Below, piece after piece: positions 27,422 to 37,695 of a stretch of 64,000 nucleotides of DNA (its first letter is position 1; each line of letters starts with the position of its first letter). Origin of the DNA: a virus (Duplodnaviria; Caudoviricetes); the IMG/VR virus record IMGVR_UViG_3300027994_000006, positions 1 to 64,000 of that record. One strand, given 5' to 3'. The position numbers were made by a program, and so were the translations under genes. Below the pieces are notes generated by a model. The model was not told the origin of the DNA. It saw only the letters and a program-made list of their open reading frames with translations, and did not search any database.

Positions 27422-30400
27422 TTAATTATTTGGTTGTTGTATTTTGTAATTCTGCATCAGCGACATCCAGACATTGTCTGAAAGTACCTTATTCATCATC
27501 AATGATTGCATTGCTTTCGGATCTTTTATGAATTCCTTTCCGTACATCCTTATGATAGCTTCAGCTTGAGCATTAGCACTTTGATGTGTTTCATATTTTA
27601 TATAAAAAATCTTCGGATCACTTTTACCATTAGTCTGAATATCTACATATTTATCAATAACTTTTTTTGCAAGCTCAGCTTTTTTAATTGGTGATATGTT
27701 TTTATTATTAATCAGTTTACCTATTTCTAATCCAACAGAAGTTTGTTGAGATAAAATAGGATCTTTGAATTTTAAAATAATTTTATCAGCTTCAAAATCA
27801 ATTAATTCCTCTTGGGAAGCTATTTTATTAACTGCTTTTCGGTCATCATTAGTTAGCTGACTACTTAATCTTCCAAAGTCAGAAGTTTCTGCAGTTAATC
27901 TTTTTTCAAAACCTCCGGAAATAGTTTGTACAAATCCCTTCTTTTCATTGAATCCAGAGTCATAACCAACCATTTTATCAATACTTCCATATGTCATTGC
28001 TATAAATGGATTGGTATCTGGCGAAGTAATCATAGCCTCAATTGCAGCTTTGGTTCTGATTGGCGACATTCCAGTTTCTTGTCCCCAAGCTTTATAGAAA
28101 TCTTCAACTTTTTTATTTTTATAACCTTCGTTTTGTAGAGTGCTTTTATTTATTGAACCATCAAGTTGTTCATCTCTAAAGAAATCATAACCACTTGCAT
28201 AGGTTGCTAATGCCTTTATGATTGGATTTTTAGTCGCAATCTTTGTCGGATCTGAAATTCCAAACGGGTCAACATTCGCTGAAAATGCTTCTCGAAATTC
28301 ATCAAACGCATATCCAATGCCTTTTGTTTTTCTGCCAACCTTTGCACGGATAATATCATCAAAAATATTGCTCGCCAAAGTAAAGAATGGTGTCAATGGT
28401 TGGGTTACTGCAATCTTGTAAGTTGTATATTCTCTATCTTCATTTTTCTTTCCATTTATAAATTGGATATAACCTCGTTTTTGGAAAGGACTCAACCCAT
28501 CTTTTATATCAAGGTAAATTTCATCGGCACTTCTTTCGTCGTCATCATCTTTAAAAGCTGAAATCAAAGCCATAGAAATAGCATAACCTAAAGAAGCTGT
28601 TGCTGTTGCGCCTTGTAAGAATCTCGCCGTTGTCGCATAAGGTCTTTCCCTCACACTATCTACGGCCACACGTGTTCCCTGTGTCGCTGCATTAATATAG
28701 GGAATAACTGATTCTAAAGCCTTCACCGATCTACCGCCTTGATTAAAATCCATTACCTTTCTTGCGCTTACAACGGCTTGCGTGTAAACATTATCTTGCG
28801 TTTCTTGATCAAGGTCTGATATGCTTTTAGCACTAAAAGCTTTCAACTGATTCTGAATGGAACGATCAAAAACTGCTACACGGAACATTGTCTCACTATA
28901 TTGTGAAAGCGATTTCAACGTAGCGATATCAAACCATTTTCCGGCAGTATTTTTTGTCTTGTTGTTAATGCCATCACCTTTATTTACAAGTCTTAATCCC
29001 CAATCTGCCAATCTTGCTAATATTGGAGATTCACCCTGTGCATTTAGGAAATCCATTCCACCGCCATATTCAAGATACTTGGAAAGAAGATTATCTTTCT
29101 CAGTATTATTATACTTGAAAATCTCTCCAATAGCTTTTGTAGAATCTTTCGCTAACTGAATTAATGATAATGGTGCGATGTTACTATATTCCTCAGAGAA
29201 CAACATTACAGAAGCGAAATCTCGTGGCGTGTTTACCAAGGCAAATCCTGGATTTCTCCCCGTTGCCATCATTTTTGTAACGGCCGAACCTGAAACTACT
29301 GATATTGCTTCCTTCACATCACTATCAGCAAACTTTTTCATCGTATCGTGCCATTGATCATAGAAATCATCCCGCATAAAAAATTCTTTTCTAATCCCAT
29401 TTTCAAAATAATAAGCTCGCTTCCAACCTTTCGATGGTAATTCTTCATTCAGAAACTTTGGTTTCCCGGAAGGTGTTAATCCTACCATAGGATTTTCCTT
29501 TACCATTGTCTGCAACTCGGCAAAATATTTTAAGAATCTCTTGTCCTCAGAAGTTAATTCACTTGCTACTTTGGATTTCAAAGTTTCATATTTTGTTTTG
29601 GCTTGTGGGAAATCTTTGTTGATGAAAGTAGAATTTACATTATTCATAAAGAATGATTTGGTTCTGCCTCCAACTGCGGTTGCCAAAAGCAATTGTGCAT
29701 CATCCATCAAAATTCCCATAGATCCTTCTTCCAAAGATCGTATTTGGTCTTTCGATAAACCTGTAGAATCTCCAAATTTTTCTCCGGATAGCGGTCGTAC
29801 AGAAATCAACTTTCCATCATTATCATATTCCATATCAAAAAGATGCTCCATAAACTGTCTTGGCTGATAATCGACATCGGCCATACTATCATATTGTTCT
29901 TGGTTGATGATGCCGTTCTTTTTCATATCCGACAACAATCCTTTGAACTCTGCAAAATAGTCATCTGCCTTTTTATTCAACTTATCAAATGTAGGTTTAC
30001 CGATTTCCAGTTCCATTTGCTTTAAAGCATTTTGTGCTGTGTATTGGTTGGAATTATCCGGATGATTGACGGGTTCTAATCCTCTTGATTCACGATTTTG
30101 GTCAACAGAAACAATTCTTCTTTGCTGTACAATTGCATTGAAGTTATCTCTGTCTTTATTGGTCATATCCGCAAAGATTTTATCGTAGATTTTTTCCCAT
30201 CTCGCCTTTGCGCTGGCAGATGCACCACCGTAAGAAATCATTCTGTTATAAGTCGCTTTTGCATTGATGTTTTTAAGGATCGTTTTTGGAAGATATTGTC
30301 TGTCCGAAACCTCTCTTATAAATCCTCGTTTGATATTTTGGATAACTTCTTTTAGTTTAGGAAATTTGTACAAAGCGTCTTTAACTTGCTGTTGTCTCTC

Positions 30401-33400
30401 TTTTACTTTTTTATAAGCGTTGTCATCTGGTTTAGTTTTACTCACTTCACGGTCATAGACTTTTCTCGCTAAATCTTTTGCACGAGGCGATTCGTATTTT
30501 TTAGGATTGATGTCATAGATTTCCTGCAAAGTTTTTCCATCAGCAAATCCATCTTTTACTTCCTGCGTGATTTTCTCAGTATATTTCACATCATTTTCCA
30601 ATTGCTTTTGATATTCGTAAGCATTGGTTTTATTGTAAAGTTCTATGAAATTATCCAAAGCTTTTTGAGTATTATTAGCATTTAGGATATTGGCCGTCGC
30701 TTTGATAAGTCGATTAGCTTCTGATGGTGTGAGGCTTCTTTTTATCTTATCCGATGTTATCAAATTCACAATATCATTATAAGCCTGCTTCTGTATATTT
30801 CTTATTTTCGCAATTCTTTCCCGGCTTTCGGCTTTGGATCCAAATTTTATTTTTTGAATTTCTTCAACGTACTTAGCTTTTATCTCAGCAATTTTTTCTT
30901 TAGCAACTTGCTTTAAATCTTTGATAGCTTCTTTGCTGGATTCTTTTTCTTTCGCTAATTTTACCTTATCTATTTCCTTTGCCAATTCCGTTCTGGATTG
31001 TTCGTTTTGAATAAGAGTTGCTACAATATTATTCTCGGAGAAAAGATTTTGAGTATTAATTTCCTGTTTCTTAGCTGCGGATAAATTTTTGTACCAGTTG
31101 CTTTCTTTCAGTTTATTTACGCCAGATTCTAATCCATTTGTCTGGATTTCTTCAATAACCTCATTTATAGTTTTTGCGGGAATTAGATTGTTTGAATTTA
31201 CAATATTGTAATTGATGCTAGTATTTCCGTCAGCATTCACTTCCGCAGCAATCGCCTTGCCTCCCAACAAATCACCAACTACACTCTCTGTAAATACTTT
31301 TAAAGTAGTTTCTGGATTCGCTTTGATGTTAAAATAGTTTCCAATTCGTGAGAAAACATTCTTAATCCAGTCGGACAACTCTTTCATTTTCCCTCTTGGA
31401 TTGTTGTTTCTCCATTCCCCGTAGTTTCCTATGTGGGTGTTAAGTGCTTCACTCCATATTTGTTCATATGATAGAGTAGAGTAGTTGCCGTCGGATTTCA
31501 GTTGGGTGTAGAGTTCTTTTCCTGTTTTTGTATTTTGGAATAAGGCGACACCTTTCTTCCACGCATTCGGCATTACTTGCTCCCAAAGGTGCGAGAACTC
31601 GTGAATAGCAGTATTGGCGTTTAGCTTTTCTGGATTGATGTAGATTGTGCCATCAGGAAGTTTTGCACCGTAGATTTCTCCATTGACGGTACGCATAAAT
31701 TGTACATCTTGTTCTGAAGATGCTTCATTTACCTTTTGTTGTCTGTCACCTTCAATCTTTTTATCATACTGATAAACTGCTAAACCTCTTTTATTTAGTT
31801 CACTTAAAAATTTATCGCTAATACCTTTTGGAACAACTGCCGCTTTAAACTCTCTTAATGCAACTGCTCTTTGTGGTTTTGCTTCAAAATATTCTGTTGG
31901 TGCGTTTTTGAGTTTTAAAATGTACTCTTTTATTGTATTTAATTGTTCTTCAGAAAGATTTTCGAATGTTTCATTAAGAGCATTTTTTTTGCCTCCTGCA
32001 AATTCTCCAATTGATGCTGCTGCCTCATCAAAATAACTAAAAGAATTTTTGTCGTATCTATAATTGTCTTTAATATTTACAAGTAAATCTGATAGTTCAT
32101 CTTGTGTTTCGTCTTTAAGGTTTTCAATTTCTTTTTTTGAAACAATTTTATTTCTATCTTTTTTAATATCTTCCAAGTTTTTAAACTGCTTAGATGCACT
32201 AGCTCTAATATTACCTGCTCCGTAAGTAAAATTCTCTCCGTTTTTTATTTTTCCTTTTAGAATTTTTACGACATTTTCTAGATTATGAGGAATGTATTTT
32301 CGGTAGCCAGATGGAGTATAGCCATTAAATATTTTATCTTCAATATTATATTTAGCTGTTTTCTCTTCTACCCAATCTTGCAGTGCCTGTTCTGCTCCAT
32401 CCGTATTATAAAAATATTCGCTAGCCCCATTCCCATATTTAGAATCTGGAAATTTAATATTATTATCTACCATGTAAGCTGTCATAATTTGACTGCTTCG
32501 CATTTCATTTAGTGCATCTTCTACATCTAAATAAGTGAATTTTGATTTTTCATCTTGGTTAGCTAAATCAAGTATTTCTTTTTCAAATTTTGTTTGATCT
32601 GAAATTGATTTAAAACTTTTTTCAGAACGTGGATATCTTGGTGAATATACATCTGTATCAAAAACTTTATTAGTTGGCTGTTTAGGATCTGCTAGATATG
32701 TATCTCCAATTAGGGTTATTTCACCAAAAGAAGTGAGTGGATTATTTGCACTTGTAATAGCTAAACTTGGTACAGGTAGCCCTCCTATATTAAGAGCATT
32801 TGCTAATCCTCTTTCAGATATGTTATGTATAACAATTAACGGTTTCGGATTTTGTATTTGAAACTGAGAATCAAAATTAACATTTAGTCCCAAAGCTTTC
32901 GCCTTAGTAGAAAACGCATTCCAATCCGTAGTAATATTCAGATTTTTAAATGCTTTGGCGAATGGTTTTTTAAGTTGTTCTATTAAGGCATCAAATGCCT
33001 GTTTGGTTATTTGGGCATATCGCTCGTTTGTTTGTTGCCTTTGGACTGTTCCGTTTGTGCCTGTTTTATTTCCAGCATTCGGATTGCTTTCTCTTTGTCC
33101 GTTAGATGGTTCGGTTGCAGTTTCGTCCCCATTTTCTTCATCTGATCTATTATATTCATATTCTGATATTTGTTGTTCTAAAGGTAAGGAATTAAACGAA
33201 CTGTCATATTCAATAACTAATTTATTTCTTTCTACATTATCAAGTCTTTCATATTCCGCTAAAGCTTTTTGTTTTTGAGATTCCGTAGATTCTATTGTTT
33301 TGGCGACGGATGGATTTAGTTTATCCAAAAGATATTTCGAAGGCCTTTCACCAGTCAGTTTAATAAATTTCGCTTCTGCTTTGGTGTACGTCGGATTATT

Positions 33401-36400
33401 TGGTCGTTCAGCTTTTGTTGGGTCGCCAGGAAACTCCATTATAAAATCAACAATATCCTGCGGAGTAATCGCCTCTGATGAATAATCCTGATTGAACATT
33501 TCTGAAGCTTCCTGAGCAATGACATCAATACCTTTTCCTCCTTTCTGTGGTGGAAAGTAAGTTCGGGCAATTGGATCTGTAATATTATTCACATCACCAA
33601 ATCTGATAAAACTATCACGGTTTACATTCTTGCCAATGACTTGTGCAATAACCCATTTTTTTGAGCCTACAACATCACCTTTATCAAACTTCGGTGTAGT
33701 CATCAGAACCTGAGCAATCTCTTTTGGATTTTCAGATTTTTCCAAAACTTCTGCAGTATAATCTGCTTCGGTCATTCCATCTTGAATTTCTACTTTTGAT
33801 TCTGGATATTCTTTTTGATTGATGACTTCGGCAACATATTCTGCTTTTGTCTTATAGCTTTTAGGATTTACTTCTTTTCCGTTTTTATCTAAGAGTTGGA
33901 AAGTTGTATTTCCTGATTGATCTTTATTTTCTTGGATGTTATATTTTCCATTTGATGATGGAATTTTTACCGCATCAGTGTTATTTGTTACCGCATCATT
34001 TCCTTTACTTGTGTCGGTGTTAACGGCTGTAGATATTCCTTCTGTATTAGTTTTCCCTTGCTGTTGAGTTTCTGATAACCTTTCAGTCCCAAGTTGAGCG
34101 TTTCCATCATTAATAGGATTATTTCTCGTTGTTTCGGTGTTGCCATTTTGTAATAATTTTAGTTTCTCTAAATTATTTTTAGTTAATTCTTCCTCACTAA
34201 TTTCAGTTTCCGGAGTAGGGTTTGGCGCATCATTTACTGCATCATTTACGGTATTTGTAGGATTTAAGATTCGATTAAAATAATTATCTGTGAAATTTTT
34301 ACCGTCTGCCTTTTGATCGGGTGCAGGCGATAATTTAATGCCTTGTTTTGTTAAGTGATCGTACATTGCAGAAGCAAGTCCTTTTCTTCTGTACTCCGGC
34401 TGAACGCTGGTAGATTCCGAAGAAATAGTACCGTCTTTTTTCTGAGTGAAATTAGACATCCCAATTACCTTATCCCCATCCTGAACAGTAACCATTATAC
34501 CGTTGGCTGGGTCTTTTCCATACTGATTAATAGTATAGTTTTTACCTTCTTTATCTGTGTAGGTTGAGTTTTCTAAATTTTGGGAATTCGGTTGCGTTTC
34601 TGCAACATTAGTTTCGGCTTGAACTGCTTCTGATTCCTGTGGGGATTGTGGATTTTCTTCATTTGTAGATGTGGTTTCGGTTGTAATTAAATCTTCTCCG
34701 ATTTTTGCGTTAAGATCATATTTTTTATTCTTTGTATTTTCTAAACCTGATTTTAAAATATCATCGACGCTTTTGTTCACTTCATCAAGTTGAGCTTGTA
34801 TGACACCGTTTACGGCAGAATCACCATTTTCTTTTATTTTTTCTTTTAGTGCTTCTGCCTGCTGTAATTTTATTACAACATCTGCCGTCTGCGAAACGCT
34901 TAAAGAAACACCATCTGGAATTTGACTGGTGTATTTTTCAACTTCTTTAATTTGATTAAGCATTGTTCCGGCCTTTTCAAATGTGTAACCTATCAATGAT
35001 TGGTCTGATAAGTCATAAAGCATTTTTTTAGCTTCCGGAATCTGCGAGGCAACGATTGCTTTTTCCAGATTATTCATTCCGGATGTTCTTATTTTCCCTC
35101 TGCCTAGAGCGTTGAAGGCATTAAGTATAAATGTATAGCCACTCGTCTGCTCTCCGATTGCGAAATAATCATCAATAGAACTCGCTGTAAATTTATCCTT
35201 ACCATCATTATCTTTTTCGTTGATAGAATTGAATCCTTCATTTACAACATCCTGTACTACTTGTTCAGAGAATTCCTGTGTATTTTCGCCAATAGCAGTT
35301 TTTGCATATTTTTTTAGAAAGTCAGTAACGATCAATCTTCCTTCCTCTATTTTATTCTGAGAAAGAAGTTTAAAAAGACTCTTATTTGTTGAGCTGTATT
35401 CTTTAAAGAAAATATTATCGGGACTTACTCTTGTCATTAAACCAGTAGCAGCACTTTGGAAAACAGTATATGCAAATGCTTGTGTAGGCGACAAACCAGC
35501 TTCTTGCGCTGTCTGCATATTTTGTCTTGCAGTAATGTAAGACCACGCTAAGGCAGATGATTTATTGTAAGATTGCGCCGCTTCAGCACCATTATACAAT
35601 GCTTTGGTAAGAATATTTTCTTTACCTAATGTTTGCGCCGATTTATTACCCCATCCCAAAAGTTTTGATGAAGTGCCTGCTTTTACAACATTTGCTATTC
35701 CGTCTGCCGCCATCATAGTAGCAGTCATATTAACTATGGTTCCGGAAATGGAAGCAATATTTCTATCCTGATAAGTTTCTGTTTTTTTTAATCCGGATAT
35801 TCCATCATAAGTTAGTTTCTCATTGAGTTTTAAATCTCCACTTTTATCCTTATCATAAACAAAACCAAATCTCTCTTCGTATTCTTTTCCTGTTTTCTCA
35901 TCTTTGTAAACATTCACCGTGTCGCTCCATCCTGACTGCAAGACATTGAAAGGATTTTGTACTTCAGCGTTTATAGTTTCGTTGAGTTGTGTTGTTGTTT
36001 TTGATATAGGCGATGCCAAGGCAAAAGGTGCAAGTACAACATCGGCCGCTACTTTAAAAATTCCTGTACCAATAGCTTTTGAAGTATAAGAAATCGTATC
36101 TGTGAATTCAGAATTTTCGTAACCTGCATATTCTCTTGCGGCATCCATCTTTTTTTTCTCAGTAACATCAAAATCTTGGTTAATAGAAATCTCATCTTGA
36201 TTTACTTTTTTAAAAAGCGCAATCTCTTCATTTATTTTTGCAATGGAAGTATTATTTCTAAGTTCACGCAATCTTTGTAATTCTGCTACATCTTTCTTTT
36301 TTACAGCATCATTGATAAGAATTTTATTACTCTCATCCCTATTTTTTAAAACAACACTATAATCTGAAAGATTCTGTTTTTTCCAATTAAAAAAGTCATC

Positions 36401-37678
36401 CAAAATTCTTCTTCTGCCATTTGCTTTTCCGGATTCCAATTCAAAGTTATAATCACCTACTTCACCAAATTTATTATAGCCTCGATCATTAAGATAATCA
36501 GAAAAATCTTGCGAGTAATTTGTTAAAACTTTATTCCATCCTTGAACTTCAGATTGTGTTAATGCTGCATCTTCTTTCGCTTTTCCTTCAAACTGATCAT
36601 TTACAAATTTCCCACGTTGTAGGATGCTGTTAATATATTGTTTAGCCGTATTGGATTTTGATTGATTATCATCAGCAATAGTCTGGTTTGCTAAGGCGAC
36701 GGCTTGATCTTCGGGATTGCCTTGCTTGATGTAATCTTGTAATAAATTTTGATACTTGGCTTCCTGGAACTCATCACGGGTCAATACACCGTTTTGTTGG
36801 ATGTATTCTTCGCCGAGGACAGATTCTTGCTGTTCCTTCAATCTATTTTCTGCTTCCGCACCTTGTAAGATGGGAGCTATAGACTTGTTGGTTGCATCAC
36901 GTTGATCATAAGCATCTGGTTTTTTATAACCTAATAATTCCTGAATAGGATTTTGACCTACTTCATTAACTTGAAATTGAGGTCTTCCATTCTTTTCATC
37001 AGGGAGTATTTTTCCCCAACCATTAGATTGCCAATTTTGATATTGAGATAATTCCTGTTCTTTTGTAATTAAACCGCCAATAGAATTTTCGCCTTCAAAT
37101 GCGCCGGAAGTAATTACTTCTAATTTTATATCTTTTAGCTTTTTATAATCTATGGTATCAAGAACTTCATTAGGCTGTAATTGCAGAAAATCATCATTTG
37201 TGGTTTGTGGTTTTTCCTCTTCATCTACACCTAATAATTTCTTTGGACTAATAGTTTGAGTGGTTTTGGGTACAATGGCATTAACCTGATTTGTATTAGA
37301 TAAATCAGGTTGAATATTGGTAATAGGTAATTGTGTATTAGAACTTTCTAAACCAGAAGATACCGTTTCTGTCGAAGGCGATTCCAACAAAGTATTGCTT
37401 GCCGTAGAATCCAATCCCAAAGAATTGTCTGCTTGTGCTTGAAGTATCGATTTTTCCTGCGCTTGATTCAAATCCAACTCGTTGCTTATCGGAAGCGAGG
37501 TCATCATCGACGAAGGTGTAGTATTCTCCACTATGAGGTTCTCGGGTAAGGTCTTTTTTTTTTCAGAATCAGTCTCAGTAGGGAGCATTGATTCAAATTC
37601 TTTAAATGATTTGTAATCCTCAAAAGAAGCTTCTCCGCCGTCGCTTAAGTATTTCTGATATTCTAATTCTTCGTTCAT
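27422..37678 (-). CDS. Giant (3418 aa) polyvalent internal-virion/ejection protein
   Basis: GNAT motif SVQPEYRRKGLASAMY (about 34270-34560); zincin HEFSH (31589-31603); LPD38-like C-terminal region; last gene of the ejection-protein operon. Confidence 0.75.
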   Translation of the reverse strand: MNEELEYQKYLSDGGEASFEDYKSFKEFESMLPTETDSEKKKTLPENLIVENTTPSSMMTSLPISNELDLNQAQEKSILQAQADNSLGLDSTASNTLLESPSTETVSSGLESSNTQLPITNIQPDLSNTNQVNAIVPKTTQTISPKKLLGVDEEEKPQTTNDDFLQLQPNEVLDTIDYKKLKDIKLEVITSGAFEGENSIGGLITKEQELSQYQNWQSNGWGKILPDEKNGRPQFQVNEVGQNPIQELLGYKKPDAYDQRDATNKSIAPILQGAEAENRLKEQQESVLGEEYIQQNGVLTRDEFQEAKYQNLLQDYIKQGNPEDQAVALANQTIADDNQSKSNTAKQYINSILQRGKFVNDQFEGKAKEDAALTQSEVQGWNKVLTNYSQDFSDYLNDRGYNKFGEVGDYNFELESGKANGRRRILDDFFNWKKQNLSDYSVVLKNRDESNKILINDAVKKKDVAELQRLRELRNNTSIAKINEEIALFKKVNQDEISINQDFDVTEKKKMDAAREYAGYENSEFTDTISYTSKAIGTGIFKVAADVVLAPFALASPISKTTTQLNETINAEVQNPFNVLQSGWSDTVNVYKDEKTGKEYEERFGFVYDKDKSGDLKLNEKLTYDGISGLKKTETYQDRNIASISGTIVNMTATMMAADGIANVVKAGTSSKLLGWGNKSAQTLGKENILTKALYNGAEAAQSYNKSSALAWSYITARQNMQTAQEAGLSPTQAFAYTVFQSAATGLMTRVSPDNIFFKEYSSTNKSLFKLLSQNKIEEGRLIVTDFLKKYAKTAIGENTQEFSEQVVQDVVNEGFNSINEKDNDGKDKFTASSIDDYFAIGEQTSGYTFILNAFNALGRGKIRTSGMNNLEKAIVASQIPEAKKMLYDLSDQSLIGYTFEKAGTMLNQIKEVEKYTSQIPDGVSLSVSQTADVVIKLQQAEALKEKIKENGDSAVNGVIQAQLDEVNKSVDDILKSGLENTKNKKYDLNAKIGEDLITTETTSTNEENPQSPQESEAVQAETNVAETQPNSQNLENSTYTDKEGKNYTINQYGKDPANGIMVTVQDGDKVIGMSNFTQKKDGTISSESTSVQPEYRRKGLASAMYDHLTKQGIKLSPAPDQKADGKNFTDNYFNRILNPTNTVNDAVNDAPNPTPETEISEEELTKNNLEKLKLLQNGNTETTRNNPINDGNAQLGTERLSETQQQGKTNTEGISTAVNTDTSKGNDAVTNNTDAVKIPSSNGKYNIQENKDQSGNTTFQLLDKNGKEVNPKSYKTKAEYVAEVINQKEYPESKVEIQDGMTEADYTAEVLEKSENPKEIAQVLMTTPKFDKGDVVGSKKWVIAQVIGKNVNRDSFIRFGDVNNITDPIARTYFPPQKGGKGIDVIAQEASEMFNQDYSSEAITPQDIVDFIMEFPGDPTKAERPNNPTYTKAEAKFIKLTGERPSKYLLDKLNPSVAKTIESTESQKQKALAEYERLDNVERNKLVIEYDSSFNSLPLEQQISEYEYNRSDEENGDETATEPSNGQRESNPNAGNKTGTNGTVQRQQTNERYAQITKQAFDALIEQLKKPFAKAFKNLNITTDWNAFSTKAKALGLNVNFDSQFQIQNPKPLIVIHNISERGLANALNIGGLPVPSLAITSANNPLTSFGEITLIGDTYLADPKQPTNKVFDTDVYSPRYPRSEKSFKSISDQTKFEKEILDLANQDEKSKFTYLDVEDALNEMRSSQIMTAYMVDNNIKFPDSKYGNGASEYFYNTDGAEQALQDWVEEKTAKYNIEDKIFNGYTPSGYRKYIPHNLENVVKILKGKIKNGENFTYGAGNIRASASKQFKNLEDIKKDRNKIVSKKEIENLKDETQDELSDLLVNIKDNYRYDKNSFSYFDEAAASIGEFAGGKKNALNETFENLSEEQLNTIKEYILKLKNAPTEYFEAKPQRAVALREFKAAVVPKGISDKFLSELNKRGLAVYQYDKKIEGDRQQKVNEASSEQDVQFMRTVNGEIYGAKLPDGTIYINPEKLNANTAIHEFSHLWEQVMPNAWKKGVALFQNTKTGKELYTQLKSDGNYSTLSYEQIWSEALNTHIGNYGEWRNNNPRGKMKELSDWIKNVFSRIGNYFNIKANPETTLKVFTESVVGDLLGGKAIAAEVNADGNTSINYNIVNSNNLIPAKTINEVIEEIQTNGLESGVNKLKESNWYKNLSAAKKQEINTQNLFSENNIVATLIQNEQSRTELAKEIDKVKLAKEKESSKEAIKDLKQVAKEKIAEIKAKYVEEIQKIKFGSKAESRERIAKIRNIQKQAYNDIVNLITSDKIKRSLTPSEANRLIKATANILNANNTQKALDNFIELYNKTNAYEYQKQLENDVKYTEKITQEVKDGFADGKTLQEIYDINPKKYESPRAKDLARKVYDREVSKTKPDDNAYKKVKERQQQVKDALYKFPKLKEVIQNIKRGFIREVSDRQYLPKTILKNINAKATYNRMISYGGASASAKARWEKIYDKIFADMTNKDRDNFNAIVQQRRIVSVDQNRESRGLEPVNHPDNSNQYTAQNALKQMELEIGKPTFDKLNKKADDYFAEFKGLLSDMKKNGIINQEQYDSMADVDYQPRQFMEHLFDMEYDNDGKLISVRPLSGEKFGDSTGLSKDQIRSLEEGSMGILMDDAQLLLATAVGGRTKSFFMNNVNSTFINKDFPQAKTKYETLKSKVASELTSEDKRFLKYFAELQTMVKENPMVGLTPSGKPKFLNEELPSKGWKRAYYFENGIRKEFFMRDDFYDQWHDTMKKFADSDVKEAISVVSGSAVTKMMATGRNPGFALVNTPRDFASVMLFSEEYSNIAPLSLIQLAKDSTKAIGEIFKYNNTEKDNLLSKYLEYGGGMDFLNAQGESPILARLADWGLRLVNKGDGINNKTKNTAGKWFDIATLKSLSQYSETMFRVAVFDRSIQNQLKAFSAKSISDLDQETQDNVYTQAVVSARKVMDFNQGGRSVKALESVIPYINAATQGTRVAVDSVRERPYATTARFLQGATATASLGYAISMALISAFKDDDDERSADEIYLDIKDGLSPFQKRGYIQFINGKKNEDREYTTYKIAVTQPLTPFFTLASNIFDDIIRAKVGRKTKGIGYAFDEFREAFSANVDPFGISDPTKIATKNPIIKALATYASGYDFFRDEQLDGSINKSTLQNEGYKNKKVEDFYKAWGQETGMSPIRTKAAIEAMITSPDTNPFIAMTYGSIDKMVGYDSGFNEKKGFVQTISGGFEKRLTAETSDFGRLSSQLTNDDRKAVNKIASQEELIDFEADKIILKFKDPILSQQTSVGLEIGKLINNKNISPIKKAELAKKVIDKYVDIQTNGKSDPKIFYIKYETHQSANAQAEAIIRMYGKEFIKDPKAMQSLMMNKVLSDNVWMSLMQNYKIQQPNN

Positions 37679-37695
37679 ATTTCGTGTAGTTCTTT

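Noticed and set aside
27422-37678. Giant protein as a crAss-type virion RNA polymerase
   Set aside because: I found no convincing DxDxD catalytic motif in a double-psi beta-barrel context, and the visible motifs fit a polyvalent protein. A profile search would settle it.
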